Notes: generated by a model from the sequence alone, not told the origin. Counted from the stretch's first letter, positions 38,987 to 53,541 are shown. The stretch is 64,000 nucleotides of DNA from Octopus bimaculoides (GCF_001194135.2 NC_068985.1:113728444-113792443); one strand, 5' to 3'. A program made the numbers and translations.

Positions 38987-40427
38987 TGTCCATGCAAATA
39001 TGTAGGTGTGTAAAAGTGTGTTTATGTCTATATGTGTATTTGAATGAATAGGTTTGTAAATGTGTTAATGTGTGTTTGTGTATGTGTGTATTCATGAATG
39101 TGTTTGAATTTAATGAACAGTCTCTAAGATAGTCTCACATCCTACTTATCAGTTGAAAACTGTGTTTAGGTATATCTTTATATTATAACAGTTTGTAAGT
39201 GTGCGTATGTGTTTATACAGACATGAATATTCAAGATGTAATAAGAGAAAGAAAATATTGACCCTAAAGGGCATTAGAAATGGGCCACAGCAGTAGAAAA
39301 CCCATCATAATTTATACCAGAATCATTTTACACACACACACACACACACACACAGCACATACAGCTGAATGTATGGCTGTGTAATTGAGAGGTTCAGTTC
39401 ATAGCCATATAATTTTGGGTTAAATCCCATTGAGTGAGACCTTGGACAAGTGTTTTCTACTCTATCCCCAGGCCAACCAACAGTGGGACTGAACCTGTAA
39501 AAACATGATCTGGAAGTGAACTTAACCACACAGGCACACACACATGCATATATATACCTGTATGTCTGTACACAAACATATACACACATGACAGGCTTTT
39601 TTTCTGTTTCCATCAACCAAATCCATTCACAAGTCTTGTGAGTGAATTTTGTAGGACACTTACAGAAGCTGTCATATATGTACATATGTATATCATCATC
39701 ATTGTCAGCATCACCTAGTGTCTATTTTCTGTGCTGGCATGAGTTGGACAGTTTGATAGGAGCTGGCAAGGCTGGGAGTCACACCAAGCCCCATTGTTTG
39801 TTGTAGCATGGTTTCCTTTGCTGGATGCCCTTCCTAATGCCACTTCTCAGTATACTGGAGTCGTTTTACATGGCACCAACACCAGTGCTTTTTATGTGAC
39901 ACAAACACCAACAGTGTCACCTTGTAACTTGCAAAATAAAAACTTCTCAACTACGAGGGGGGGGGGGAGTAATATTGAGTGAGGTGGCTTGGTGCCACTT
40001 GATGAGAGATTAATGTTTTAGAGACAGAGATGGGTGCCTTGTTGTAGAGTAAATACATGGATACCCCAGTTGGAAGAGAAAGGAGAATGAGTTAGAGAGT
40101 AAGATAAAGAGGACAATGGTAAGAGAGATGGTCATGAAGATGTGTTGGAACTACCCCCAACGTACCTCAAAGGGACGTTGGGGGTAGTGAGAATAGGTGA
40201 GGTGATATAGAAGTTTAGGCTGGGTGAGTGGGCAGAATGAGGTGACTAGTAAATGGTGGAGAGAAATATAGAATCTTGGGAGTTGCAGTGGATGTCTGGA
40301 CATTGAGCAATAGCAGATAAAGAAGATATTAATGATGGAGAACAGCACAAAGAGGAATACACACATACATACATAAATGTGTGTGTATCTGATGCTTCTT
40401 CTAGCCATGATGCCATTCTATCAGAAG

Positions 40428-40524
<97 letters not shown>

Positions 40525-40548
40525 AAGAATAATATTTTTTTTTTTTTT

Positions 40549-41220
40549 CTTTTTATTTGTTTCAGTCATTTTGACTGTGGGCCTTGCTGGAGTACCATCT
40601 TAAAGGGTTTTAGTCGAAGAAAGCAACTCCAGGACTTATTCTTTGTAAGCCTAGTACTTATACTATCAGTCTCTTTTGCTGAACTGCTAAGTTACGGGGA
40701 TATAAACAAACCACCATCAGTTGTCAAGCGATATTGGGTGGACAAACAGACACACACGCACACTCACATAAATATCTACATATACACAGAGATACATACT
40801 CATATATATATATGATGGGCTTCTTTCAGTTTCTGTCTACCAAATCCACTCACAAGGCTTTGGTTGGCCCAAGGCTATAGTAAAAGACACTTGCTCAAGG
40901 TGCTACACAGTGAGACGGAACCCTGAAGTTGGGAAGCAAGCTTCTTATTTCTTTACTGCCCACAAGGGGCTAAATACAGAGGGGACAAACAAAGACAGAC
41001 AAAGGGATTACATCGATTACATCGACCCCAGTGCTTAACTGGTACTTAATTTATCGACCCCTGAAAGGATGAAAGGCAAAGTTGACCTCGGCGGAATTTG
41101 AACTCAGAACGTAACGGTAGACGAAATACCGCTAAGCATTTTGCCCGGCGTGCTAACGTTTCTGCCAGCTCGCCGCCTTGGGAAGCAAGCTTCTTACTAC
41201 ACAGCCACGCTTACGCCTTA
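40549..41220 (-). mobile_element. SINE family A interrupted by a SINE family B insertion (40948-41177)
   Basis: Family A resumes after the insert; duplicated ttgggaagcaagcttctta at 40929-40947 and 41178-41196. Confidence 0.85.
40948..41177 (-). mobile_element. SINE family B, young full-length copy with ~19-bp target-site duplication
   Basis: Head ggcggcgagctggcagaa (A box) ... gagttcaaattcc (B box); direct repeats 40929-40947 and 41178-41196. Confidence 0.92.
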
Positions 41221-41913
41221 TATCGTATAACTTAAAAAAGTTTCTAAGTACCAGATTCACTCACAAAGCATTAGTCAACCCAGGACAATGGTAGAAAACA
41301 TTTGTCCAAGTTGCCATGCAGCAAGATTGAACCCAGAACTGATTGCTTGGGAACAACCACACCCAGACCTATAGTTAATAATATATGATAAAATATTCTG
41401 GTCAGAAAACAGTGAAATAACGACAGCAGATTTAAAATTGTGATCTATAAGTGGGCACATGACATACATTTGAAGAAAGGAGTTGGTAATTTGAAGAGAG
41501 ATGTTGATAATTTGAAGGGACAAAACATTTTGTCCTGTGTGCGAGATATCTTTTGCTATCAACAGTCTACCTAAGAATAATAAGAATAACAAGATACTGT
41601 CTTACTTAACACAACAAAACCAAGTTGTCTAAATTATAAATGAACACAGGACTATAAGAATAATCCAGCTGGATTTTTCAACACCATTTATCAAATGTAG
41701 ATGCCATGGGAATTGTAAGTAATAGTTATTGTGGCAGTAGGAATGGTAAGGAATATAAGAACTGGAGAAAACTGTCACCAGAGAGTGTTCTAATGGATTA
41801 CAAAAAAAAAATTTTAAATAGATTAAATGAAGACCACAAGTCAAGTAAGCCAAGGAGAAAATGAAATCCTGAAAGCTGTATTAATCTATCTTCCGATTTC
41901 TCTCTCTCTTTCT

Positions 41914-41947
<34 letters not shown>

Positions 41948-42767
41948 CATTTACACCTTCACAGATGTATATATACATTCATAGATAGATGCATGCACAA
42001 ACACATACATACATACAAATGTAATATACTCACACACAAACATTTACATAAAGTGTAATTACACAAATACATACAACTGTACACATATATATACATACAT
42101 TCATGTGTGTGTACATATATATATATATACACAAAAACATACACACACATATACACAAAAACATACACACACACACACACACAGATATATATATATATAT
42201 TCAATGCATACCAGTTCATTCTAACTCTTCAAACTTTACCACAATATCCATCATTCATTTAAAAACCCCAAAAAAAAAAAAAATGGATAAAAAAAAAAAG
42301 GTGCCCCTTAATCCCAGCCAACCATACTGCCAACATATAGCAAAATCCTTCCAGATGGATAGCTCTTTCTCATGCATCTCATTACTGCAAAAACCTTAAT
42401 CAACTGCGCTCAAAGTACAACTAACACCATTGGCTCAAAGTACTACTAGCGCCATCTCCAATAAAAGAAAACCCCCCAAAAGATTCACACTAACCATTCA
42501 ATAAATCCCACCGAACATTCCAAGAGAAAATTACATTCAGTTTGTTTGTTTTTCTTCCTTGTTTGTATTCTTTCTGTCTTTCTTTCCTTCTCTCATTCTG
42601 TCATTTTTATCCTGTTTTTTTCTCTCTTTTTCCCTTTTACGTTTTACTTGTTTCAGCTAATGGACTGTGGCCATGCTGGAGTGCTGTTTTGACGGGTTTT
42701 AGACTAACAAATTGACCTCAGTACTTAAAGGAGAACAGACATAAAAAACACACACACACACACACAA

Positions 42768-43090
42768 CATCTATCTATCTACCTACCTACCTACCTATCT
42801 ATCTATTAATCTATCTATATATCTATCTATATATATATCTATCTATCTATCTATCTATCTATTATCTATCTAACATCTATCTATCTGTCTATCTATCTAT
42901 ATATCAATCTCTAATATATCTGTCTAATATCTATCTATCTATAAACTATCAATCAATCTATAATCTATCTATCTATCTATCTATAATCTATCTATCTATA
43001 ATCTATCTATCTATCTATCTATCTATCTATAATCTATCTATCTGTCTGTCTGTAACTATCAATCAATAATCTATCTATCTAGATAGATAA
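42768..43090. repeat. Degenerate (TCTA)n array
   Basis: Read directly. Confidence 0.9.
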
Positions 43091-44899
43091 TCAGACAGAC
43101 AGATAGGCAAGCTTCCACACAGTTTCTGTCTACCAAATTCACTCATACGACATTGGTTAGCCCAGAGCTACAGCAGAAGATACTTATCCAAGGTGTCACA
43201 CACTGAGTTGAGCCTCAAACCATGTTGTACTCAGCCACAATTATGCATCTAAGATATATTCTATCCTTATACAATTTTTCTTCATCACTGTATTTTTGTG
43301 ATTTTTTCTTTCATGCAAGATATATTTATACCAATGTGGTGTATACATATGTACGTTTTATTCTTCCTTTACTGGTTATAGTCATTGGACTATGGGCCAT
43401 GATGGGGCAATACCATTACGTTTTAGTGGATTATATTCCCATACACATATGCACACATACACACAGAGAGGCTTCTTACAGTTTCCACCTACCAAATTCA
43501 ATCACAAGGCTTTGGTCAGCCTGAGCCTACAGAAGACACTTGCCCAAGATAACATGCAGTGGGTTTGAGCCTGAAATTATGTGGTCAGGAAGCAAGCTTC
43601 TTAACCACAAGTGTGTGTGTGTGTATGTGGGGNNNNNNNNNNTTCTTAACCACAAGTGTGTGTGTGTGTATGTGGGGGGGGGGGGGTTATCTGACTTATT
43701 TCATCACTGCTCTGGTTCTAATTACAGTCTGAAAGTGATGACTGATATAAAACAGTGTCACACTAAACTCATGGTGGCCCAAATAAACGAAAAATGCATT
43801 GGCCTACTGTAAGTATGCTACTGTAATATGGTTCCACTCAACTAACCAGCCTAGGTTGTCATCTAATAATAAAGTGACACTCAATTTTAATTCCCTAATC
43901 AATCAATTAATTAATAATCTCTGACTCACCTAATTTACTAATGAGTAACAGGCCACAGAAGATCAATTTACAATTCATTTTTAATTTCGTGAGTGATAGA
44001 TATCTAGTTTGTGATGATGATGATAAGGACCTCAAATCGCCCTTACTAATGACTAAAATGATTATACTTTTAATAACGCAAACATTCCATTTATTAATTA
44101 AAATACTGATACCCTTTATTAATTACCAACACCTCACTCACTGGAATTAAATGTGACATGGTTAAACACCATACAGCTCATTCAATTCATATTATTTTCT
44201 CAATGAACAATGCAAGTCTTAGATATTATCTGAAGCAAGATGAGTAACACCTCAACTGATGATGTGTCGCTCAATTAACTTGGCATTCTTCAATTAACGA
44301 AGAAGCCCCTACTCATGGATAACTTCAGTGATACCGAAATTAATGGGAAGTCACTCAATTTACTAATTATTGAATAAATAGCAGATCACAAGCGAATAAA
44401 GTAACTTTGTAATAAGCTCAGTTAGTAGCTGGTCTCAGGTATCTTGAGTGACATCTCAGGAAATTCAATTAACACCTATACAAGTCAATTCATCCATTTT
44501 GCTGCCTTCTATTCATGGTAGGATCAAGAGGGTAGACCCTTTAAACACCTCCTCCAAAGGGTCCTACCTGAAACAACTCTCATTACACTTTCTTGCTGGA
44601 TTCTCAAGTGTGACCAACTGAAATTATGGATATTACACAACCATCTTAATCTTTTATGTGTTTAAATTGGTCATATCCAGCCAAAATATCCTACCTGTTT
44701 TATGCTTAAACTGACCAGATCCAACCTCTCACACTTACCCTACAATGTTATTCTAAATAAAAATATACAATCACATCACGCCTGATAAATTCAATACAAT
44801 GTGAAAAAATAAGCAATAAATTGGACAAAGGAATCTGAATACTAAAGGGTTAAGGTGGCAAAAATGGTAGAATTGTTAGCATGTGGGACCAAATTCTTT

Positions 44900-45102
44900 A
44901 TTTCTTTTACTTGTTTCAGTCATTTGACTGTGGCCATGCTGGAACACTGCCTTAAGGGGTTTTAGTTGAAAAAATCGACACCAGGACTTACTTTTTCTAA
45001 GCATAGTACTTATTCTATTGGTCTCTTTTGATGAACTACTAAACCACAGGGACACAAACACACCAACATCGGTTGTCAAGTGATAGTGTGGGGACAAACA
45101 CA

Positions 45103-45143
<41 letters not shown>

Positions 45144-45301
45144 GATGGGCTGCTTTCAGTTTCCATCTACCAAATCCATTCACAAGGCTTTGGTCAGCCT
45201 GAGGCTACAGTAGAAGACACTTGCCCAAGGTGCTACATAGTGGGACTGAACCCGGAACCATGTGGTTGGGAAGCAAGCTTCTTACTGCAAAGCCATGCCT
45301 A
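44900..45301 (-). mobile_element. SINE family A, near full-length
   Basis: Colinear with 10160-10580. Confidence 0.85.
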
Positions 45302-46561
45302 GTGGTTTTTTTTCTTGCTTTCTGTTTTGAGTTTAAGTTCTGTCAAAGTCAACTTTGCTTTTCATCCTTTCAGAATTGATAAAATAAGTACCAGGGATTA
45401 ACTGGGGTTGGTGTAATTGACTAACCCTTTCCCCAAAATTTCACTCCTTGAGCCTACAGCAGAAAATTTACTACTATAATTATTAAGGTGGCATGTTGGC
45501 AGAATTTTTAGTTGCATTTCATCTAGCTTTATGTTCCAAGTTTAAATTCTGCCAAATCTGCAAAGTCAACTTCAGTATTTCATCCTTTTAGGGTTGATAA
45601 ATTAATGCACCAGCTGAACACTGGAGTTAATGTTATCAACTGCACTGCCCCTGTTGCCCTAAAATCTCAGGCCTGTAGTAGAAAATGTCATTCAACCATC
45701 TAGCTTATGGCCTGCACCTAGGTCTCCTGCTGGTTGACTCAGCTTGAAGAATCTGTTTTGCATTCCTACCCTGTGACATAGAAGTAATTGTACAATGGGA
45801 AATATTAGCTACTTTTGAAAGTTTGGTTTCCAACTTCTTCTAAGCCCTGCAATAACCCTTAGTGAAATGTTTGATTGATTTTAATACTCTCTACAAAAGT
45901 AATATCAGCTTTTGAAAATATATATATATATATATATATATAAAAAGTCAGTTTCCTAATAACTAATTAATTTTTTTAATTAAACAACAATCAGTACAGT
46001 GGGTGAATAAACTGAACTCTACAAAATAAATTTTCGACTCAGTGCATAAAAATGTAAATCGAGTAATTAGGGAAAAAACTATAAACTGTGAAATCAATCA
46101 CACTTGTGAACATAAATCGGCACAGACAGGCAGACACACACACACACACACACATACACACACATATACATACATATATGATGGGCTGCTTTCAGTTTCC
46201 ATCTACCAAATCCATTCACAAGGTTTTGGTCAACCTGAGGCTACAGTAGAAGACACTTGCCCAAGGTGCTACATAGTGGGACTGAACCGGGAACCATGTG
46301 GTATTGGGTTCAGTCCCAATGCTCTGTGAGTGAACTTGGTAGATGAAAACTATGTGGAAGCCTATCATGTGTGCGTGAGGATTTGTATCTGCACTTGTAC
46401 TTCCCTGCCCCTTGACAACTGTTGTTGCATCATAGTGATTTGATGATTACATTGATCATTGGCATTAGGACGGGCATCCAACCATAGAAACCATGTCACA
46501 ACAGACAGAGTCCGGACAGCTGCCTGCTAGCCATCCCCATGTTAAACTATCTAGGCCATCC

Positions 46562-46563
46562 AG

Positions 46564-46594
<31 letters not shown>

Positions 46595-46898
46595 GTTTAA
46601 CGTCTGCTTTCCATGCTAGCATGGGTTGGACGATTTGACTGAGGACAGGTGAAACCGGATGGCTACACCAGGCTCCAATCTAATTTGGCAGAGTTTCTAC
46701 AGCTGGATGCCCTTCCTAACGCCAAACACTCAGAGAGTGTAGTGGGTGCTTTTACGTGTCACCCGCACGAAAACGGCCACGCTCGAAATGGCGTCTTTTA
46801 TGTGCCACCCGCACGAGAGCCAGTCCAGGTGCACTGGCAACGATCTCGCTCGAAAACCCTACAAGGCCAGTCAGGCGGTACTGGCAACGGTCACGGAG
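46562..46898 (-). mobile_element. Non-autonomous RTE-tail element (family C) with (GAT)n tail
   Basis: Minus-strand end ...gcatggaaagcagacgttaaacg(atg)n; near-identical to 51358-51690, 32275-32426 and 729-866. Confidence 0.8.
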
Positions 46899-47444
46899 AC
46901 TAGAAATTAAACAGTGATGATGATGATGATTGAGCTCATAAGTGATCCACTGGTATTTATTTTATAGACCTTGAGAGGATGAAGAACAAAATTAACCTTG
47001 ACAGAATGTGATCTCAGACCATAAAAAGCCAGAAGAAATGTTGATCAGCATTTTGTCTGATGTGCTAATGGTCCCATCTGTCCATTGCCCTAACAAATAA
47101 CAATAACAACAATAGTAGTAATCCTTTCTGTTATAGGAAAAAGGCCTGAAACTTTAGGAGAGGGGACTAGTCGATTACATTGATCCCAGTGTTCAATTGG
47201 TACCTATTTTAATGACCCTGAAAGGATGAAAGGCAAAGTCAACCCAAGTAGTAGCAGCATTTGAACTCACATTAAGTTGGCAGAAATGCCACTAAGTATT
47301 TTTTCCAGCATGATAATGATTTTGCCAGCCGAATTATAATTGTCTACTTTCTATGGCTTAAGAATCATGCTCGGCTGAAGACTATAACAAACAAAGAATA
47401 TGTTCATAATAGTAATTGTAGAAGTAGTAGTAGTAGTAGAAGTA

Positions 47445-47559
<115 letters not shown>

Positions 47560-47571
47560 TTAATAATAATA

Positions 47572-47701
47572 ATATCTATTATTTCTGTATGGAATTCAGT
47601 TAATCATCACATAACCGAACTCAATGATTTAAGTACATACATTATTATTATCATCATCATTATTATTATTATTATTATTACTATTAGTAGCAGTAGTAGT
47701 C

Positions 47702-47734
<33 letters not shown>

Positions 47735-47820
47735 ATAATAATAATAATAATGTATGTTCTTAAATCATTGTGTTCGGTTATGCGGTGATTAACTGAATTA
47801 TATACAGAAATAATAGATAT
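47572..47820. repeat. ~250-bp fold-back inverted repeat
   Basis: ~80-bp arms about 90% complementary; the interior (ATT)n/(TAG)n is mirrored by (CTA)n/(ATA)n. Confidence 0.85.
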
Positions 47821-48962
47821 ATACTGACACAACAATAACAACAATAATAATAACACTCGCTGCCATTATCATGAGAACAAATAAGTACAAGAAATGAATG
47901 GCTGGCTTGTAGTACTTATCAGACACGAGACATAAGAAAGCAGGAGTCCATCAATGATTCCCTTAAACTTTCCCACGGTAATAACAGAGAAAAGGGACAG
48001 ATGAGAAACAATGTGAGGGAGCTGGGAAGGGAAAAAGAGGAGCTCTTAACATTTTCCATTTTTCTTCTTCTTCATCACCGCTCGAAATTGTCCATGATAG
48101 ATGAATGGCATCAAAGAATCCGGCCAAGTGTGTCATAATAATAATGGCAATAATAATAATAATAATAATATGAAAATTATTGGCACAGAAAGAATAAAAA
48201 CAAAAATGGAACTCGAAAACAGGCATCAAAAGAATTATGGCATTTAACATTTTTTGGGGTTACTTGTGTGTGTGTGTGTATGTGGGTTCCAAATTTTGTC
48301 TTTGTTAAGCTCCAGCAAAATAACGATATAAAAAATGTCTAAGAATGAATGTATAAGAAACAAACAAAAGAGAGCAGTAATTCTCATTTTCTATAAGTTT
48401 TATATGTCCTAAATATACAATTATTTGTGAATGTTTGCTTCTCTTTCTCTAAAAGTACTTATTTTTATCTATTCATCTGCCTTTATCTTACTTTATTTTC
48501 CTACCTTCAAACAGCCAATAAAGAAAAACTCAAAGCAGTTGTTTAATTTGCTAAAAATAGCAACCAAATCTTAAATCTTAACGAAAAAAAAAACAATTTG
48601 GATAATCTTGTCTTAGACACACTATTTCTGAATAAAAGACTGGATGGCTATGGATTTGATAGAGGAATACTCAATAAAAGCTAACCCTGGGTTACACAAC
48701 ACCAATAAAAAGAAAATTTACATATTGTATTTCCTGGCATACAAGTCAAAATTTTTCAGACCAAAATTTACAGCCAAAGAAGTCTGATTCTCTCTCACAC
48801 ACTGAGATGACTTTGGAGGATAAAGAATTCCATGTGAAATACAGCAGGAGTTCCTGGAAAGCTAGTGACAATGTTTAAATGTATACTATGTTGAATTCTA
48901 AGTTGGGAAATCCAATATTTTCAGACACTGTATCCAAGATTACACTATCCAATGTGTCCTTA

Positions 48963-49003
<41 letters not shown>

Positions 49004-49477
49004 CAGTGGTAGTGTTGATTTGCTAGCTATATTTAGCAAGTAACACATTAGCTCCTCTAGAATGGTTATTGGTATAATAACTGCTGTTATCCCAAATTTT
49101 TCAGTATTCAAGGTAAATGTTGGACTAAAGTTTACACCAACAACAAAAAGGAAAAGTAGGTTGATTTATAAACCAAGACGACTTTATAGGACCAAAAATT
49201 CCATGTGAAATGCAATAGGACTTGGAAACATAATGATGATATTTGAATGTTCACACGAAATACTACATTGACTTGTATGCAAAAGAATATGGTAATAAAT
49301 CAGTTCAATAAAGTTCATAAAAAGTATGAAGCTCATTAATCATAAGATGAGACTTTAGGCAAAGATATTTATCATAGATCTGCCTCAAGAGGGAAAAAGT
49401 TTTTTTGACAGTGAACAAAATTGTGTATAGTGTGAGATTTTTAAAATTAACTAAACTGCTTCAGAATGCATTAGCTA

Positions 49478-50100
49478 TCTTTTGTTACCATATGTCTAGT
49501 GAAATACACTGTCTTTGTTTAAGTTAATTTTAAAAATAATGAAGAATTTAATTATACATAAATATATATATGTGTATATATATATATTAGATAGATAGAT
49601 AGATAGATAGACAGAGATAGATAGATAGATCTTTGTCATTATTAAGAAGGCTTTTAATTTAGATCACTTTAACCTTTGTGATACCATATTTCTATTGAAA
49701 TAGATTGTCATTGTTTCAATTAATTTGGAAAACTAATGAAAAATTTAGAAAATAAGTTTGTCATTAACCCTTTTCATACCAGCACACCTGAAATTCCCTG
49801 TTTTTAAGTGATCTAAATTAAAATCTTCCATCAAAATTTCCTGTTAATTTGTTCCAAACACCAACTTAATAAAGACAAAGTTAGTTTACTAAATTCTTAA
49901 TTATTTTCAAAATTAATTGTAACAAAGCAATACATTTCAACAGAAACATAGTAACAAAAGGTTTAAGATGGTGTTTGGAATGTAAATCAAGATGAAATTT
50001 TGATAGACGGCTTTTAATTGAGATGACTTTCAACAGGAAATTTGTATCATAGAACCAGAGGTGGTCTCAGACAGTTTGGTATCAGAAGAATTTGTGTTGA
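49478..50100. mobile_element. Nested TTAA-bounded (piggyBac-like) MITEs
   Basis: Inner copy 49768-49962 is flanked by TTAA at 49764-49767 and 49963-49966 and splits an opposite-orientation copy of the same family. Confidence 0.7.
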
Positions 50101-51357
50101 TAGTTCAATATCATCTGAATTCTATCATTTTCACCTCATTACTCTGACATAAAACTATGATATAGAACTATTACATGAGCCAGCCACCAAGAGAATTCAA
50201 TGTTGCCAATGCCAGCTATGTTTTATATATTGTTCAATGGGGAAGCATCTATATGCTTAGTTAAACAGCTAGAAATAGCAGTTAAATCTTCCTCAAATCT
50301 CAACTCACTATCTTAAACAAAAAGTAAGGAATTATTAGGCATTGCAATCATAATTCCAGAAGTAGAGAATGGTTAGAGTTCAAAGGCCTTTAATCAAATT
50401 TGGTTAATCAGAATTGATCTGAGGCTGAACAACCACAACATTTCATATAAATGTGGGTGTGTCTTTGTATTTGTCTCCCCCACCACTTGACAGCCAGTGT
50501 TGGTTTGTCCACATCCCTGTAACATATCAGTTTGGCAACAGAGACTGATAGAATAAGTACCAGACTTAATAAGTACTGGTGGAGATTTATTTGAGTAAAC
50601 CTTTCACAGTTGTTCCACAACATGGCTGCAGTTTAATGATTGAAACATGTAAAATGTAAAAGATGAATCAGATACAAAATAAATATTAGAAATTAGTTCT
50701 TTGAATTACCAGTGTGCATATGTGTGAAAGTGTGTGTATATATATGTATGTATATGTATGGTGGGGGTGTCAGGAGTACATGAATGAAACAGGAAGGGAG
50801 GTAATAATAAATAAACTGAAAAATGTATTAACATATACATTGCTACAGATTACATACAGATAGAGATAGACAACTTTCTACATGCAAATACACAAGACAT
50901 AGACACAGACATACACTTGGACATGTTCGTGATGAGCATGTAGCTGTATGTATGTGTGCTTTTGTGTGTAAACATGTAAATTAATACAAGTTGCAAACAC
51001 ACATCTGGACATCATTATAAAATGATTAAACGTGTACTTTGATTACAATTTTATTCACTTAGAAAAGTGGGGTGAGGTGAATGGGAAAGAAGGAGCAAAC
51101 AAAACAGAGATTGTGTGTGTAGGTGAGAAAAGAAAGAAGGGAAAATGGATTGCCAGACAAATTATAGAATCAGATGGCAAAAAGGAATAAATAATGCAAA
51201 GAAAGATCACCATCATCATCATCATCATCATCACAATTATTTTAACACTTTAGCATTTAAACCAGCCATATCTAGCTCAGATATTCTACTTGTATGTTCA
51301 AACTGATCAGATCTTGCTTCTCACCTATTCTACAATGTTATTCTAAATATAAACAAT

Positions 51358-51690
51358 TCATCATCATCATCATCGTCGTTTAACGTCTGCTTTCCATGCT
51401 AGCATGGGTTGGACGATTTGACCGAGGACTGGTGAACCGGATGGCTACACCAGGCTCCAATTTGATTTGGCAGAGTTTCTACAGCTGGATGCCCTTCCTA
51501 ACGCCAACCACTCAGAGAGTGTAGTGGGTGCTTTTACGTGCCACCGGCACGAAGGCCAGTCAGGCAGTACTGGCAACGGCCATGCTCAAAATGGTGTATT
51601 TTACGTGCCACCTGCACAGGAGCCAGTCCAGCGGCACTGGCACGATCTCACTCGAATGTCTTTCCAAATGCCACCGGCACAAGTGCCAGG
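51358..51690 (-). mobile_element. Family C RTE-tail element inserted in a TTAA-bounded MITE (~51241-51785)
   Basis: Same consensus as 46562-46898; the flanks match the MITE at ~44620-44855. Confidence 0.8.
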
Positions 51691-53470
51691 AAGGTGACCA
51701 AAGCTACAAGATAATGTAGGATTTATTCAAAATAACATGGATAAATAAGTATTACATTTGATAGGGTAATCTGAATGCTAAAAGGATGATGCCCGTTTTT
51801 TCATGTTTGCATTAAGTGTATGAAAGTACAGATCTTAATACAAAACAAGACTTGAACTATGAGGACCCATCCAATCCATGCCTGCATGGAAAGCAGATGC
51901 AAAGCGATAATTTTGATGATGGTGATATAACTATCACAAGTAAAAGCTTACAGCAAACTACCATTACTATATGTAAACATATAAACATTGACTAGGGCAG
52001 TAGGAGATAGAATCAGTTGAGCATTAGAGAAAATTTCTTGTATGGGTTGATTGAGAAAATAAGTAGCAACCAAAACTGGTCTACCGTTACATACAAAATG
52101 TGGGTCAATGCTAGAAATTGTTACATGAAGTAGAGGAATGGCAGAAAGTGGGACAAAATGCTTTGTAGTATTTTGGTACATTCCCTTATGCTCTGAATTT
52201 AATTTCATTAACATCATTTTTGCAGGTTATACTACTTGCTACTAGAGATAGGGATAACAAAATGAGTACCAGTCATGAACTGGGGTTCCATCACAAGGTC
52301 CACACCTTGTAGCAGTCTGGTGGCTTGTGTACCTCATGAACCTAGAAGCTATTCCTGTGGAGGGCAAACTCCTGGCAGGGCCTCCCATGCTAAACAGATC
52401 AAAGAAGAGGACACATTTATATGAACCACCTCTGCTTAGGAGGAAAAAATAGGTTTGCATAGGGCCAATAGCCCCATCTAGGCAAAAAAGTATAATTACA
52501 GAAACCTCATCATTTAACGTCCATTTTCTATGCTGGCATGGGTTGGATAGTTTGGGAGGAGCTGGCCAGCTGAAGAGCAGCCCAAGCTGTATGTCTTGCC
52601 ATGGTTTCTATGACTGGATGCCCTTCCTAACACCAACCACTTTACAGAGTGTACTGGGGGCTTTTATGTGGCACAGGCATAAGTATTCTTTACATGGTAT
52701 CAACACCTATAAGTCCGCAAGATTAGGATCACTCAGCTGAAGAAGGATGCAAGGATATGGGAATACCTTCCCTTAGAGAAATATGACAGCAAAATTCTAA
52801 AAGAAATGGAAAAAAAAAAAGAACAAACAAAGTAGGGATTCAACTGAAGAGAAGCAGAAAAGACAATCTAGAGTTGAGAAAAGGGGACAAAAGTTATTGA
52901 TGGCCCATGCTCCACAGAGAGTGAAGAACATAAGTAATGTAATGTAATGTATTGGGATTGAATTATTTTACTGTTTCTTCTGTTCATGAATAGAAATAGA
53001 TTTTGTAATGATGCCAATGAATGAGAGTTCTAGTTGTGTAATCAATAGAGCTATGTACTTGGTGAATATATATAGAGTATGTGACTGTTATGCAAAGGAA
53101 GATTGATGTCTATAACATAATTTTCAAGTAGAAACGGCAAAACATTGCATAATAGCACTGGGCTTGAAATAACAGGTTCAAGCTACTTGATAGTCTTATA
53201 AATATTTTTTGCTTCCTCCTTTCCATTTACAAGGTCTAAGTGACTCTGCTAATGGTATACTGAACGACACTTGCCTAGCCTAAGTTAAGGGGCTGCCTGG
53301 TCACGTTAAACTGGGAAACTTGTGATTCAGAAATGAACATCTTAAACATGAAACCATTCACCCTCATATGGAACTTTGTGTCTGTGTTTGTGTGTATGCA
53401 TGCATATATGTATGTGTGTGTGTGTCAGCACGTGTGTATGTCAGTGTGTGCATTTGTGAGTGTGTACATA

Positions 53471-53514
<44 letters not shown>

Positions 53515-53541
53515 TGTGTGTGTGTGTGTGTTGAGTATGCA

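Noticed and set aside
43598-43677. 35-bp direct duplication either side of a 10-N gap (similar duplication around gap 36468-36567)
   Set aside because: Typical unmerged contig overlap or collapsed repeat; probably an assembly artefact.
51952-52110. Candidate upstream phase-2 exon (IDPHFVCNGRPVLVATYF...YSNGSL)
   Set aside because: The phase fits, but it lacks the first PSI cysteine motif, the acceptor is weak, and the ORF begins in a decayed SINE.
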